From Candidatus Methanomethylicia archaeon (GTDB lineage: Archaea > Thermoproteota > Methanomethylicia > CALHIW01), in NCBI GenBank assembly GCA_038845975.1, contig JAWBQF010000032.1:1-27396 (forward strand): a stretch of DNA of 27,396 nucleotides, given 5' to 3'. Positions 1 through 10,234 of this stretch are shown piece after piece. Under the pieces are notes generated by a model, which had not been told where the DNA came from, made no database searches, and was given only the letters and a program-made list of their open reading frames with translations. Every line of letters starts with the position of its first letter. The first letter of the stretch is position 1. The translations under genes were made by a program, and so were the position numbers.

Positions 1-127
1 AAGTGTAGTAATGAACATGTATTAATATTCATGAAACTAAGCAAACATAGAATAAGAAGATATAAGCCAAGAATCCATAGAAAAGTACCAAAATAAAAAT
101 AATAAACATGCCTAAGTTAACAAAGCC
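1..127 (+). mobile_element. Right end of degenerate IS6-like element (truncated by window edge)
   Basis: Ends in CCTAAGTTAACAAAGCC. Aligns by eye to 19764-19904 (both encode a KCxxxHV remnant). Confidence 0.6.
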
Positions 128-145
128 CAAGGCCTGTAAGTAAAA

Positions 146-153
146 TTTAAATA
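146..153 (+). promoter_or_regulatory. TATA box of zinc-finger gene
   Basis: TTTAAATA preceded by purines, 30 nt before ATG 184. Confidence 0.55.
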
Positions 154-183
154 TGTGCCTAACTTAGCGTCTTAAGTGATTGA

Positions 184-360
184 ATGAGTGAGATAGCATT
201 TCCATCATGTCTATCATGCGGAAATCCCATATTGCCAGATCAGGGAGGAGTTAAATTAAAATGTCCACAATGTAGTGAAGTAACTATCTGGCGTTGCCAA
301 AAATGTAGAAAACTTGCAAATCCATATAAATGTCCAAAATGTGGTTTTATTGGGCCTTAA
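184..360 (+). CDS. Small double zinc-ribbon protein (DUF1610/HVO_2753-like), 58 aa
   Basis: Hand translation MSEIAFPSCLSCGNPILPDQGGVKLKCPQCSEVTIWRCQKCRKLANPYKCPKCGFIGP*: four CxxC motifs and a terminal GFxGP. Below the ORF-track cutoff. Confidence 0.9.
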   Translation: MSEIAFPSCLSCGNPILPDQGGVKLKCPQCSEVTIWRCQKCRKLANPYKCPKCGFIGP

Positions 361-723
361 TGCTACTATGCTAGTCCTTTCAAACTTAATGTTTAACTCT
401 TAATAAGTCTTTAAGATGAATTTCAGATATATATGTGCCAGTATGTTTTTAACTTTAAGCTTTATACTGTTAAGCTATGCAATTAATTTAAGGGTTAGTC
501 TATGATTTTAAGAATGTGTCTTAATCGTTAAATACGATCTTTTCAGTGTAGGTAATTGAAATCAATTCTAAACCTCAAATTAATAAAGAACTCCTTACAA
601 AACTTCAAAGTAGGAGAAAGTATCCTCTTATTTCTGTTTAAATATTTTTAATTTAAAAAATAGAAAGTTTAAGGTAATGTAATCTATTAATGATTTTTAA
701 GTACTATTTAAACAGAAAATAAG

Positions 724-1120
724 AGTTCTGTCAATCTAAGCTTATTAGAATTTCTTAACTATAATGGATATATTAATGATAGGGTTGATGAAGCCTACTG
801 GGATATACTTCAGTAGAGTTATTAATCATGGACAATTCACCCCACTGAACATTAGAGAGCAGTTATGCTTTAACATATCTTATCCATTTCTACATAGCAT
901 CTATTCATCTAGTGGTTGTGTAGTATTATCTAATTATATTAGGTTATGTGCACATATATTGGTTTCTTTTAGGTACTTTAATGGTTTTATATCTACTATA
1001 TGCATTGACTATGTTTCTAATGAATTTCTAAATATTCATTGCTTTCTCAATTTCACACTTATCAGTGTGAAAGCAGAGACCTAGTAAGCTTCTACTCAAA
1101 ATCACTAATCTCACAGAACT
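724..1120 (-). mobile_element. Degenerate IS6-like remnant
   Basis: Inverted ends AGTTCTGT/ACAGAACT. Minus-strand fragments KFIRNIVNAY, IVDIKP and KWIRYVK resemble archaeal IS6 transposase. Confidence 0.4.
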
Positions 1121-1538
1121 TCATACCTAAACTTTACTCAGAAACTCTTAAATAATTTTCAGACAAGTTCTAAATTAAACTTCTCCTTCAATATATTAGT
1201 ATGGGTACTGATTTTAACATGTCTTGAATGTATGTTCATGAAGATTCTAGTTTTACTTCGGCATGCATACACTATGGGTTGACTAGTAGGATTTAGAAGT
1301 GATTATAAGCCTGTTTATAGAGAGGCTATTGTTAAACCTAGACAAGATGGTTTCTGTTTCTACTCCTATAGCAAGATAAATTCTCTCACATAAATAAACT
1401 TATAGAAATATTACGAGTTACGCAATAATTGAGGTTTTTGTAAATCTTAGATCTGAGATAATATATAGCTGGCGGATTAAGTTCATGTAATTGACCAGTT
1501 GGTTAACAAAACCTATTAAAATACTACATAGCCGAAAT

Positions 1539-1667
1539 AGCTTTGTGGTTTAATACTTATTTCCCGTATCTTTATTCATTAAATACTACGATTATAGAAA
1601 TTATATTAAAATTTCTCGCACTTTATGTGAACTTAAATTTACGAACTCAGAATTAAACCACAAAGTA
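1539..1667. mobile_element. MITE (129 bp) sharing termini with the IS5-family element at 3823-4654
   Basis: TIRs GCTTTGTGGTTTAAT / ATTAAACCACAAAG. Flanking 8-mers GCCGAAAT / GCCAAAAT (7/8 TSD). Confidence 0.65.
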
Positions 1668-1716
1668 GCCAAAATAAATTTCTAAAGTTAGCATGATACC
1701 TAACCGTATCAGATAA

Positions 1717-1789
1717 TGCGGCCGCCGGGATTTGAACCCGGGATCTCCCGCGTGGAAGGCGGGCATCTTACCAACTAGACCACGGCCGC
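1717..1789 (-). tRNA. tRNA-Gly(TCC)
   Basis: Cloverleaf GCGGCCG...CGGCCGCA; anticodon arm CCCGC-CT-TCC-AC-GCGGG; T-loop TTCAAAT; no intron and no encoded CCA. Confidence 0.97.
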
Positions 1790-1889
1790 AAAATAAGGAG
1801 TATTAAAAAATAATTAAAGCTTTCGGTCAATTAATGACGAATTTTACCTATTATTACCTGATTATGACTGATATGGCTAAATAGTCTAT

Positions 1890-2330
1890 TTTTAGCTTTT
1901 ATATTTAATGGAAAACCAAGTTTTCAACGCCCAGCATTAAATAAAGTCATTCCATTGTTTCATGTACCTTAAGGAGATGTAGTCAATGGAGTTAAATAGT
2001 ATTTATCTCGAATAGAATGTGATGTTCAGTATGATGATTTTGGGTTAACTATAGCTTAATATTTTCTGCATAGTTTCCATATAACTGGCAAGAAATAAGG
2101 ATGACAATAATTATCAAATAGTATTAGAGCTTAATCATGAGAATATGGTATACGCTATAGATATCTAAGCTCTCCGATGATTATACACTGTACATGAGTG
2201 AAGCGTAGTAAGCGTTTATTAGAGTTAATAGTATTACCAAACGAAAACATGGATTATTGAAATGCTAGGAATTCATAGAGGCAATACTAAACAGGGATGA
2301 TAAGATAGGGCTTAAGTTAACGAGATAAAT
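1890..2330 (+). mobile_element. Degenerate IS6-like copy (left boundary approximate)
   Basis: Right end GCTAGGAATTCATAGAG...CTTAAGTTAACG is homologous to the ends at 1-127, 5221-5284 and 19840-19904. Confidence 0.45.
2260..2323 (+). repeat. 64-bp exact direct repeat, copy 1 (copy 2 at 5221-5284)
   Basis: AAATGCTAGG...CTTAAGTTAACGA is identical in both places. Confidence 0.95.
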
Positions 2331-2539
2331 AATTGGTTAGTTAAGTTTAATTAATCTAATACAATAATTTAGTTTAGCGATGATTTGTCAGAGTTAAGAG
2401 GACTAATGACTGAAAGGCATTTATATGAGCTATATAAAAATATATCAGTATATGTTGATTATGGTCTATGATGTTAACGAACAAATCAAATTTATAATCC
2501 ACTCTTGCTATAAAAAATAGAGTTTTTATACTTCATCTA

Positions 2540-2980
2540 ATAACCTTCGTTTAATAATCATTTATTTTAGTTTGCTATAAAGGAGAGTTACTATGAAGAA
2601 AACGATTTATACCTCTCTTTTAACAACTTTCTGCTGCTGAGCATTTATGTAGTTTTATATCTTTTTAGAATTATGATAGCTTCTTAGGTTTTGTTAGTGT
2701 TAATGGTGCAATATGCTCTTACCGTAACTCATATAATGTTATTAAGCGGACTGAATTGTTGTAGTATTACTATAAATATGTCTTAAAACTCTCAATAGTA
2801 GAACCAAGGTAATATTTACATAATATCTAGAAGGTTTACAAGCAATATTCGCAGAGTTAGAAAACATCACTTAGAGGGAGGATATGCAAGAGGAACCATA
2901 TTAACAATTGTGAGAATAAATTTAGTATGCTAAGACCATATCAATACATAAAAAATCAAAAATAACGTAAACATGTTTAA
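2540..2980 (+). mobile_element. Degenerate IS remnant homologous to 13172-13909 (boundaries approximate)
   Basis: Collinear blocks TTTGCTATAA, TACTAT-AA, TAACAACT and TAATGTTATTA are shared with 13200-13470. Confidence 0.5.
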
Positions 2981-2985
2981 TCAAT

Positions 2986-3075
2986 GAGCCTATCTGAAAA
3001 CTCCATAATTATTGGTAGTTAACTTATTAACCTAATCAAGTCTTAACAACATTTAAAGAGTTTCCAGATAGACCC
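2986..3075. mobile_element. 90-bp MITE-like element
   Basis: 18-bp imperfect TIRs GAGCCTATCTGAAAACTC / GAGTTTCCAGATAGACCC; AAT on both flanks (possible 3-bp TSD). Confidence 0.6.
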
Positions 3076-3644
3076 AATTCAAAATTCAGAAAACAAAAAT
3101 CTAAAATATACCAAACTAACAATGATAATAAAACTAATCATTAACAAAATACTTGAGTAAGCGATTGGTAACTAGGGGTTATTAGAATAATGATAGAAAG
3201 CAAAGCTTTTTATGACAGAACATTATCAGTAAAATCTATTAAGCCTACCTAAAGAAGCTACAATCTATAGGAGCAATATACAGATATGGAGGAGGTTTAA
3301 GCAGCATGCAACTAACTAATAGCCATAACAGTTCATTGAAAGCTAGATAATGGGAAATATTTCTAAAGTGTTTAAGTTTTTATTGTTTATGGTTTTACGG
3401 AGTTTCTAACCTTAGTCTGTGAAGGTAAAAGACGTTTTGTTAGCTTTAAGTATGTATATATAGTTAGTGATTTGATTTCGTAAAGATAATTGACGAATAG
3501 AAAAGTCTAATATTCTACAAATGACAGTTAATTTCAAACTTTAAATTGAGACTTGATTGAAAATATAGTTTACATACTTAAGTTTCAAAGCCATAGAAGA
3601 CATGAAAACCTAAATATTTTGAACAAACTCGATATGAGAGATAA

Positions 3645-3717
3645 TGCGGCCGCCGGGATTTGAACCCGGGATCTCCCGCGTGGCAGGCGGGCATCTTACC
3701 AACTAGACCACGGCCGC
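3645..3717 (-). tRNA. tRNA-Gly(GCC)
   Basis: Same body as 1717-1789; anticodon loop CT-GCC-AC. Confidence 0.97.
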
Positions 3718-3822
3718 AAAATAATTTTATTTTTTTAAAGGTTTATAATTTTTTCTATAAGTCAAGGTGTCTTATGAGTTTTAGCTTTGTTATAGTTTCT
3801 CTTTTCTTATAGTGATTATAAT

Positions 3823-4654
3823 GGCTTTGTGACTTAACTCTTTAAGCTCTTTCACCTATTCTAATCTATGAATTAGAAGGGTATTGATGCTAGGTTTATT
3901 AGGTTTGGTAAGCTACTTCTGGATCTTGAGTTCATTAATGGATATGGTAATGAATTTAAATTCATGAATTATGATAAGATTAGTAGACGTTTAAGTTTAC
4001 GTGTACATACATTACCTTCTTGACTATTATATGTTTCCTATTCTCATGTTTAAGGCAGCTTAAATGTTTTAGTAAAGCGTTAATTAGGCTTGTACAAATA
4101 CTTCAATCAATAGATTATTCATGGTTAGGGGTATATGTTGATGCTTGATTTATCACCTTATCAGGCTTTAGGGTCCTCTAGTAGACCTATTGTTATAGCT
4201 ATTGATGTTAGGTATAAGTGTTCATAGGCCCAGTGGATGAATTAAGTAGAGGTATGGAGTAAAGAAGAAGTACATCAAGATACACTTTTCAGGGATATTA
4301 GAGCCAGAAGGTTATGGTTATGAATATTACAGTTGGTGATGTATGTGGTTCTCGAGCATTTCCAATATTTGTTGAAGAAATCGTTAAACATAGAAGGGTA
4401 TTGGAGGCGGTTATAGATGGATTGTACAATTCTCATAGGGCTTATAGAATACTTAAGTATAGTTATTAAGCGTTAATTAAGCCTAGATGTAATATAAGGC
4501 AGGATAAAAGAGCCTTGATGAGCATAGAGTAGTTAAGCTACTTAGGGTTTAGGGACTAAGGTATAGCCTAAGCTAATATATTATGGTAAGATAATGAGAA
4601 GTTGACAATGAGGGCCTACATATGATGTAAAAACAATAATTAAACCACAAAGCA
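3823..4654 (+). mobile_element. IS5-family element with pseudogenised transposase
   Basis: TIRs GGCTTTGTGACTTAA / TTAAACCACAAAGCA; TSD ATTATAAT/ATTATGAT. Broken reading frame with GKLLLDLEF..MN, IDYSW, IVIAID, YIKIHF, DGLYNS and LIKPRCN motifs. Confidence 0.8.
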
Positions 4655-4667
4655 ATTATGATTATTA

Positions 4668-5290
4668 GGCTTATCAGGAAGAGGGTTCATTTATTTTTAC
4701 TGTTTATATATTCGTTCATTCAGTATGTCTTAGATATTCTAAACTTATTGTTGTAGAGTTACATCTGTATTGCCATTGTTTAGATTCTTGAGTTATTTGA
4801 GTTTAATAGAGGGTTAGGATTGCTGTAGTTGGTAAGACTACTATAAGTATTAAGTTCTAAAAATAAGATTATATATGTTGCGTAAATCCCTACTGAGAAG
4901 GCTTTATATATAGATTTTAACATTGCAAATATGCTTATATCCTATCATTCCTTAGAAATAAAAACAAGACAATATATGGTTCTAAAATAATTGTATCAAA
5001 TGATTGGGCACTATAAAGCAGTATATAGAATACTAACTTTAAACATGAAGTATACTGTTTGAAGATTAGAAACTCAATGGAGAAAGACAATTCGATTAAG
5101 AATAGAGCTAAACTATTCAATAATTACATATCATCATGAAGGGAATGTGATAGTGAGCATACATTTATGCTTATGAAGTTGATAGCCTTCACAATAAACG
5201 AAACATAGACCAATGAGAATAAATGCTAGGAATTCATAGAGGCAATACTAAACAGGGATGATAAGATAGGGCTTAAGTTAACGAAATGGA
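4668..5290 (+). mobile_element. Degenerate IS6-like copy (boundaries approximate)
   Basis: Left part aligns by eye to 19340-19510 and 27270-27396. Right end contains the 64-bp repeat. Confidence 0.5.
5221..5284 (+). repeat. 64-bp exact direct repeat, copy 2
   Basis: Identical to 2260-2323. Confidence 0.95.
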
Positions 5291-5352
5291 TAAGAAACAT
5301 AATAGAAATATTTTAAAATAAGCTTTATAACAGCATGTTGATTATTTACTTT

Positions 5353-6045
5353 CTAGTTTTTAAATCCATACTTCCCTTTTAGGGGAACGAAAACACATCC
5401 GCCGGCAGATTTGATTTTAAAATCATTCTCTGATTTCTTTTCTACTAATGTTAATTCCTGATAGAATCCCCATGTACCTAGAGGTATAACCATTTTACCA
5501 CCAATCTTTAGCTGTGAAAGTAATGGTGGGGGAATTTGAGGAGCTGCTGCGGTAACCAAAATTCTATCATATGGAGCTGCTTCAGGATATCCTAATGAGC
5601 CGTCGCTATGTATAACAGTAATTCGAGTACTGTAATTTAGGCGAGAGAGATTTTGTTTAGCAAGTTCCACAAGTTCTTTGATGATCTCAATAGTATAAAC
5701 ATGTCCTTTAAGATCATCAGATACATCTTCAGGAGCCACTATTTCAGCAATAGTTGCTGCATGATATCCGCTTCCTGTACCGATTTCAAGAACTTTATGT
5801 CCAATTTTTAGGTCTAATAATTCATTCATCCATGCAACCATATGAATAGCACTTATAGTTTGACCCTTAAAGGTTGGAAGGGGAGTATCAACCCAAGCGT
5901 ATTTTTTATACTCTTGTAAAACAAATTGCTCTCTGGGAACTTTCATCATGGCTTTAATTACATGTGGCGACTTCAAAATACCTTCTTCAATCAAACGCCT
6001 AATAACTCTTTCTTTAGTATAATTGTTATTTGTATTGAGGTACAT
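5353..6045 (-). CDS. pcm: Protein-L-isoaspartate O-methyltransferase
   Basis: VPREQF, GQTISA, VLEIGTGSGY, DGSLGYPEAAPYDRILVTAAA and FVPL motifs. Confidence 0.95.
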   Translation of the reverse strand: MYLNTNNNYTKERVIRRLIEEGILKSPHVIKAMMKVPREQFVLQEYKKYAWVDTPLPTFKGQTISAIHMVAWMNELLDLKIGHKVLEIGTGSGYHAATIAEIVAPEDVSDDLKGHVYTIEIIKELVELAKQNLSRLNYSTRITVIHSDGSLGYPEAAPYDRILVTAAAPQIPPPLLSQLKIGGKMVIPLGTWGFYQELTLVEKKSENDFKIKSAGGCVFVPLKGKYGFKN

Positions 6046-6138
6046 AATTTTTGCAGCAACCCTAGATAATAAATGAGATTAAACGGATATAAATTTTAAG
6101 TATAGTTAAATAACACATTATTAGAGGGAAATTACTGA

Positions 6139-6210
6139 AGCCGGGGAAGGGATTTGAACCCCTGTATAGCGGGTCTGCAGCCCGCCGCCTAACCACTCGG
6201 CCACCCCGGC
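6139..6210 (-). tRNA. tRNA-Cys(GCA)
   Basis: GCCGGGG...CCCCGGCT; anticodon arm GCGGG-CT-GCA-GA-CCCGC; U discriminator; no intron. Confidence 0.96.
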
Positions 6211-7110
6211 ATGAAACTTATAGTGCTTCACTAATTTAAAAACTTTATTTTTAATTGTGGCTCCCTGCTAAATTAAGCATCAATTACATGTATTTATTAC
6301 ATCTAAGTCTGCAGAGCTATTGTGGGCATTAGTAATTTGAATGATTTTTGAAGTTTATGACTATAATAGCTAATGAAGTTTCTATGTACTTATACCTTCA
6401 TAATTCATGGTTTGCTATTATGCTAAATTTATGGTTTCTTTAAGAATTCTAGAAGTAATCTAAATAAACCATTAAGAAATTTGACTACCTAACTTTAAAC
6501 GATAAAGTTCAGACAAGTTGTGAGAATTAAAGTATGAAATTCATGAACTACTATAGTCGATAATTCTGTTAGAACTATCGAATCAAAATACTATAGCGTA
6601 GAGTAGTGCTATATATGCTCTCTACATCTAAAACTCGCAGAGCCAAGTAGTTAATAACAAAGCCTATATGGGATAAAGTGAATGAGGGTTAAGTCAACAT
6701 ATTTAAACCATAGCTCTTGCCGAACTAGTATTTTGACAGCCAATAATTTCAATTTTGATGGTTTGGAAACGATAACGTTTCACATGCATAGTAATACGTA
6801 TTAGGTATGGAATATTGAGAACTTAGGTTTGGGAACTATTTTTGAAAGAATATTATAAATTAGAGATAAGACCTAATCAATAAATAACTAAATTCATATA
6901 GAGTGTTTTCTTTTAAGTTAATATAACCATTTATCTTAAACATTTATAAGCTACAATGATTAATGCCTCCATCTTTTTTCTACGTTTTAATACATTCATA
7001 GAATTGACAAGTATGAGTGAAGCCTTCAAAGGGATTTAACTAGAATGTTATATAAATTATTACTATACTTAGCTTACATTAACCTAAACCTAATAATGCT
7101 AATTTAAAAT

Positions 7111-7165
7111 TCAGAGAAGATGCATTTCTTCATTGCATATGCTCAGTGCAGGTCAGTTTCAACAT
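7111..7165 (-). ncRNA. Box C/D guide sRNA (predicted 16S rRNA helix 34 targets)
   Basis: Minus strand reads C ATGTTGA - 12 nt AACTGACCTGCA - D' CTGA - GCATATGCA - C' ATGAAGA - 12 nt AATGCATCTTCT - D CTGA; 20 nt downstream of rps17e. Confidence 0.8.
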
Positions 7166-7185
7166 CAATTTACAGTTACAACCTT

Positions 7186-7386
7186 CTAAACATTAGCCTT
7201 TTTAATTCTCTTAATTATTCTTACTATATATCCAGCAACCTGGTTTCTGATTCTTTTTGAAGGAAATACACCTAACTCCTTTAATAATTGCTTATTCTCT
7301 TCAAAACTTGCTGTGAATCTGTCTGGATATTTATTTACAAATTCTTTTGCAAGTCCTTTAATCATAGCAGTTCTAATTTTCCCCAT
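7186..7386 (-). CDS. rps17e: 30S ribosomal protein S17e
   Basis: MGKIRT, F.ENK and SKRIRNQVAGYI motifs. Confidence 0.95.
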   Translation of the reverse strand: MGKIRTAMIKGLAKEFVNKYPDRFTASFEENKQLLKELGVFPSKRIRNQVAGYIVRIIKRIKKANV

Positions 7387-7449
7387 AGTTTTCTAAACAC
7401 TTCTACAACTACTAATATATAAAAATATTGTCTTTCACACATAGAATGA

Positions 7450-7920
7450 GGCAACTTAGAGATTATATGAGGATTGTTGGTATTAAAGTTTGTAGAGAAT
7501 TCTAGATTTAGGAGAAATTAAAAGAAATTTTAGTGGAAGCTAAAGAGGAATCATAAAGTTTATAGAGTATGATGAAGTATTCAATATTACTAGTTAATAT
7601 ATCTTTGTCATGCCAATTATTAAGAATAGAAGAAATGCTGCCTTATTGAGGGGACTTATATTTTACTATACATCAGGATAAAGCATATTGGAAGTATATA
7701 GTATAGGTGAGGTAAAGACATTATTGGAAGTAAAGAGAACAGGTGGTATATCAATATCACCAATAATAAAAACATCATACTACATGACAGCTATATGCTT
7801 TATAATCTATCATAACTTACAACATAATACTCTCTATAAAATTACAAATAACAAAATATTAAATAATGCTCTCATGAAAAACAATCTCATAAACATACAT
7901 AAAGATTTAAAATCACCATA
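7450..7920 (+). pseudogene. Probable DDE transposase C-terminal remnant
   Basis: Fragments PIIKNRRN, AYWKY.SIGE and IIYHNL across frameshifts; weak similarity only. Confidence 0.3.
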
Positions 7921-7972
7921 ACTCCTTAAAACAAGTAATAAATCACTTTCTAATTGACTGTTACAACAACCA

Positions 7973-8164
7973 CTATCTTATTCCAACTGAAGAAATTATT
8001 ATTCCAGCTACAAACTCAAATACAAATGCATATGTTCCTATAATTAATATTCCTATTAGCGCTATTCTCAATGAAAGTTTAAATTCATCCCAGGTTGGTT
8101 TCCGTGATACTGATATTATTCTCTTAAAAGATGAAAATAACTTTTTTAAAAGCACTGAACTCAC
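7973..8164 (-). CDS. secE: Protein translocase SecE/Sec61-gamma
   Basis: RKPTWDEF followed by one transmembrane helix; GTG start 1 nt after the argF stop. Confidence 0.9.
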   Translation of the reverse strand: MSSVLLKKLFSSFKRIISVSRKPTWDEFKLSLRIALIGILIIGTYAFVFEFVAGIIISSVGIR

Positions 8165-8165
8165 C

Positions 8166-9098
8166 TTACAACATTAGTCGAGCCAATAATGCTTTTTGTG
8201 TGTGAAGTCTATTTTCTGCTTGTTTCCAGACTACTGACTTGGGGCTATCTATAACCTCATCAGTAATTTCATAACCTCTACGAGCAGGTAAACAATGCAT
8301 TATTATATGATTTTCTGATGCGGCCTTAATCAACTCAGAGTTTACCTGATATGGTGAAAATACTTTAAGTCTTTTTTCTGCATCTTTTTCTTGCCCCATG
8401 CTTACCCAGACATCAGTATATATGATGTTTGCTTTTATGACAGCTTCCTTAGGATCGTTTGTAATAATGATGTTTGATCCTGTTTTTTTTGAATTATCCT
8501 CAGCATATTCAATTGCAAGTTTATATGGCTCATACCCTTTAGGAGTAGCAACCGATATATCTAGTCCAACCTTTGAGCATGCAATAAGTAAACTATTACA
8601 TACATTATTCCCATCACCAACGTATGCTACTTTAATTCCCCTAAATGTCCCAAAATGCTCGTATATCGTGAAAATATCAGCTAGTGCTTGACACGGATGC
8701 CATAGATCACTAAGAGCATTTATGACAGGTACCTCAGCATAATCTGCCAATAGCTCTAGATCTTTATGTAGGAATACACGAGCAGTAATACCATTAACGT
8801 ACTTTGATATAGTTTTAGCAGTATCCGGTATTGTTTCCCCTCTTCCTAATTGTAATTCATTCCAATTCAAGTAAATCGCTTTCCCGCCAAGATTATGCAT
8901 AGCAACTTCAAAGGAGATTCTTGTTCTAGTTGAAGGTTTCTGAAAAATCATAGCCAAAGTTTTCCCCTTTAAAACTTTAGGTGTGTATCCTGTTGTTTTA
9001 TATTGTATTTTTAAGGTTTCTGACATCTTAATTAAATAGCTAATTTCTTTATTTGAGCATTCTTGCATTGTCAAGAAATGTTTTAAGCTCTTTTTCAT
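8166..9098 (-). CDS. argF: Ornithine carbamoyltransferase
   Basis: STRTR, HPCQ, DVWVSMG, HCLP and QAENR motifs. Confidence 0.96.
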   Translation of the reverse strand: MKKSLKHFLTMQECSNKEISYLIKMSETLKIQYKTTGYTPKVLKGKTLAMIFQKPSTRTRISFEVAMHNLGGKAIYLNWNELQLGRGETIPDTAKTISKYVNGITARVFLHKDLELLADYAEVPVINALSDLWHPCQALADIFTIYEHFGTFRGIKVAYVGDGNNVCNSLLIACSKVGLDISVATPKGYEPYKLAIEYAEDNSKKTGSNIIITNDPKEAVIKANIIYTDVWVSMGQEKDAEKRLKVFSPYQVNSELIKAASENHIIMHCLPARRGYEITDEVIDSPKSVVWKQAENRLHTQKALLARLML

Positions 9099-9671
9099 GT
9101 TCTAACCTATTCATAGACTTACTATTCTACTTAAATTTTTTTCGAAAATGCACAAGACATGATAATCTAAGAAGCTATACAAGTTCTGTTATTAGTATTT
9201 TATATTTTTTGGAGTTTGCAGACCTTGAAATTTTGAGAGTAATAAGGTTCTGTTGAAATTAATGTATTAGTATAGCATTAAATATCTGTGTTTGGATGTT
9301 TGAGGAAGTTTTTCTAGAGCATTAAAATCCTAGAAGAGCTCTAGATGAAGCTGAATTAAGCAAAGTAGAAGTATTAAGTTTATGAGCGGATACTAATAGA
9401 TATGTGAGCATACGAACACATTGTAGTACATAATGACTTTCCAAATCCTTAAAGAACTTAACCATCACACACTAGAAATACTTTTCAATAATGGAACCTA
9501 GTAAAATAAGATACTCCTCATTTATAGAAAACTAAAATATTCTTAATCAATAAACTACTAGACAATAAGAAGTATTCGAATATTAGAATCACCCATCAAA
9601 CTATTCATACTGTCTACAACCGTCTAAAAAGCAAACTTAAGCTGTCGGCACTCTGAAGATATCTCAAAATC

Positions 9672-10205
9672 CTAGTTTCCACCAGATTTAAATATGGTTT
9701 TTCTTCATTCTTAGTTATGACTGTAAGCTATGTTGTCATGGTGGTCTTTGTTAAGAGGGCTATATCTTCTGTTGTGGATGAAAATTAGCATACTAAAGCA
9801 AATTGTGGGAAGATTACATAGCCTCATAATGTTAGGCGTGATGACATACATAGCCTTTGATGGGGTGTTTAAAGCTATTCAAATTAGGGATCAAGTAGTG
9901 GATACAAAACCCTTAGAGACTAGAATTGTTAGATTAGCATAGAGGAAAAGGAATGCGTTGAAGACCATGATGGATGAGGAAGAGGTAGACTTAACCTAAG
10001 AGTTCTACGTAGGCTACAAGATCGTCTAAGAGGAAAAATGTACTACAAGACCCTATCGAAGATTAGGAGGATTATAGAAACCACTTTCTCAAAACCCAAA
10101 GATTTAGACGTAGACTCATAAGTAACGAGAAGAAAACTAGTAAAAATAACCCATCAATACCAGCATTCAACACATACCAAATGATGAAACTTAATGGGAA
10201 CTATG
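9672..10205 (+). pseudogene. DDE transposase remnant (IS4/IS5-like)
   Basis: YYKTLSKIRRIIETTFSKPK contains R-x3-E-x6-K; imperfect inverted ends CTAGTTTCC / GGGAACTATG. Confidence 0.45.
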
Positions 10206-10234
10206 GCTCTCAAAGATTAAAATAGAAAATAGGA

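Noticed and set aside
764-1084. 106-aa ORF on the + strand
   Set aside because: No recognisable motif; lies inside an IS remnant whose transposase-like fragments are on the opposite strand.
1834-1871. ATGACGA...CTGA...CTGA as a second C/D sRNA
   Set aside because: Box spacing is wrong (17-nt first spacer, no second guide).
1717-3717. tRNA-Gly pair as attL/attR of an integrated element
   Set aside because: Both are full-length genes with different anticodons and their own TATA-like boxes; no integrase lies between them.
4935-5120. 61-aa ORF
   Set aside because: Antisense within a decayed IS6-like copy; low-complexity composition.
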